DNA from: Lama guanicoe
Lineage: Eukaryota
Length of the DNA stretch: 34,308 nt
Assembly: GCA_013239625.1 (NCBI GenBank)
Contig: MU053934.1
Coordinates: forward strand, 12,745,413 to 12,779,720
Reading direction: 5' to 3'
Shown: in pieces, positions 34,291 to 34,308 of the stretch
Layout of the letters: every line of letters starts with the position of its first letter
How positions within the stretch are numbered: position 1 is the stretch's first letter
Position numbers and translations under genes: made by a program
The notes under the pieces: generated by a model
Told to the model about the DNA's origin: nothing
The model's input: only the letters and a program-made list of their open reading frames with translations
Database searches by the model: none

Positions 34291-34308
34291 CATGGACATA
34301 CCCCAGTT

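Overview
Mammalian genomic DNA, most likely camelid (two Vic-1-type tRNA-derived SINEs). The left third holds the 5' part of RABL2 (RABL2A/B, ciliary Rab-like GTPase) on the minus strand. It includes a CpG-island promoter (~11.75-12.45 kb), the ATG exon (10173-10279), a ~10 kb repeat-filled intron, and a 30-nt exon (175-204) followed by a U12-type (minor spliceosome) donor. Upstream of RABL2, on the same strand, I read a decayed multi-exon locus whose translated exons align collinearly with the Mab-21/cGAS-like nucleotidyltransferase family. Unit A (13.7-18.0 kb) is the best supported and keeps an hG-x12-E-h-D signature across a splice junction. Two further tandem units (B 18.4-22.8 kb, C 23.8-24.8 kb) and a possible fourth (D 32.7-33.4 kb) follow. 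All carry stops or frameshifts, so the locus looks pseudogenised. These alignments were made by eye against remembered sequences, and no single block is significant alone, so an HMM/tBLASTn test is needed. Other content: L1, L2 and LTR elements (several with clean TSDs), a degenerate telomeric repeat, a ~200 bp internal duplication and a 22-bp-period E-box minisatellite.
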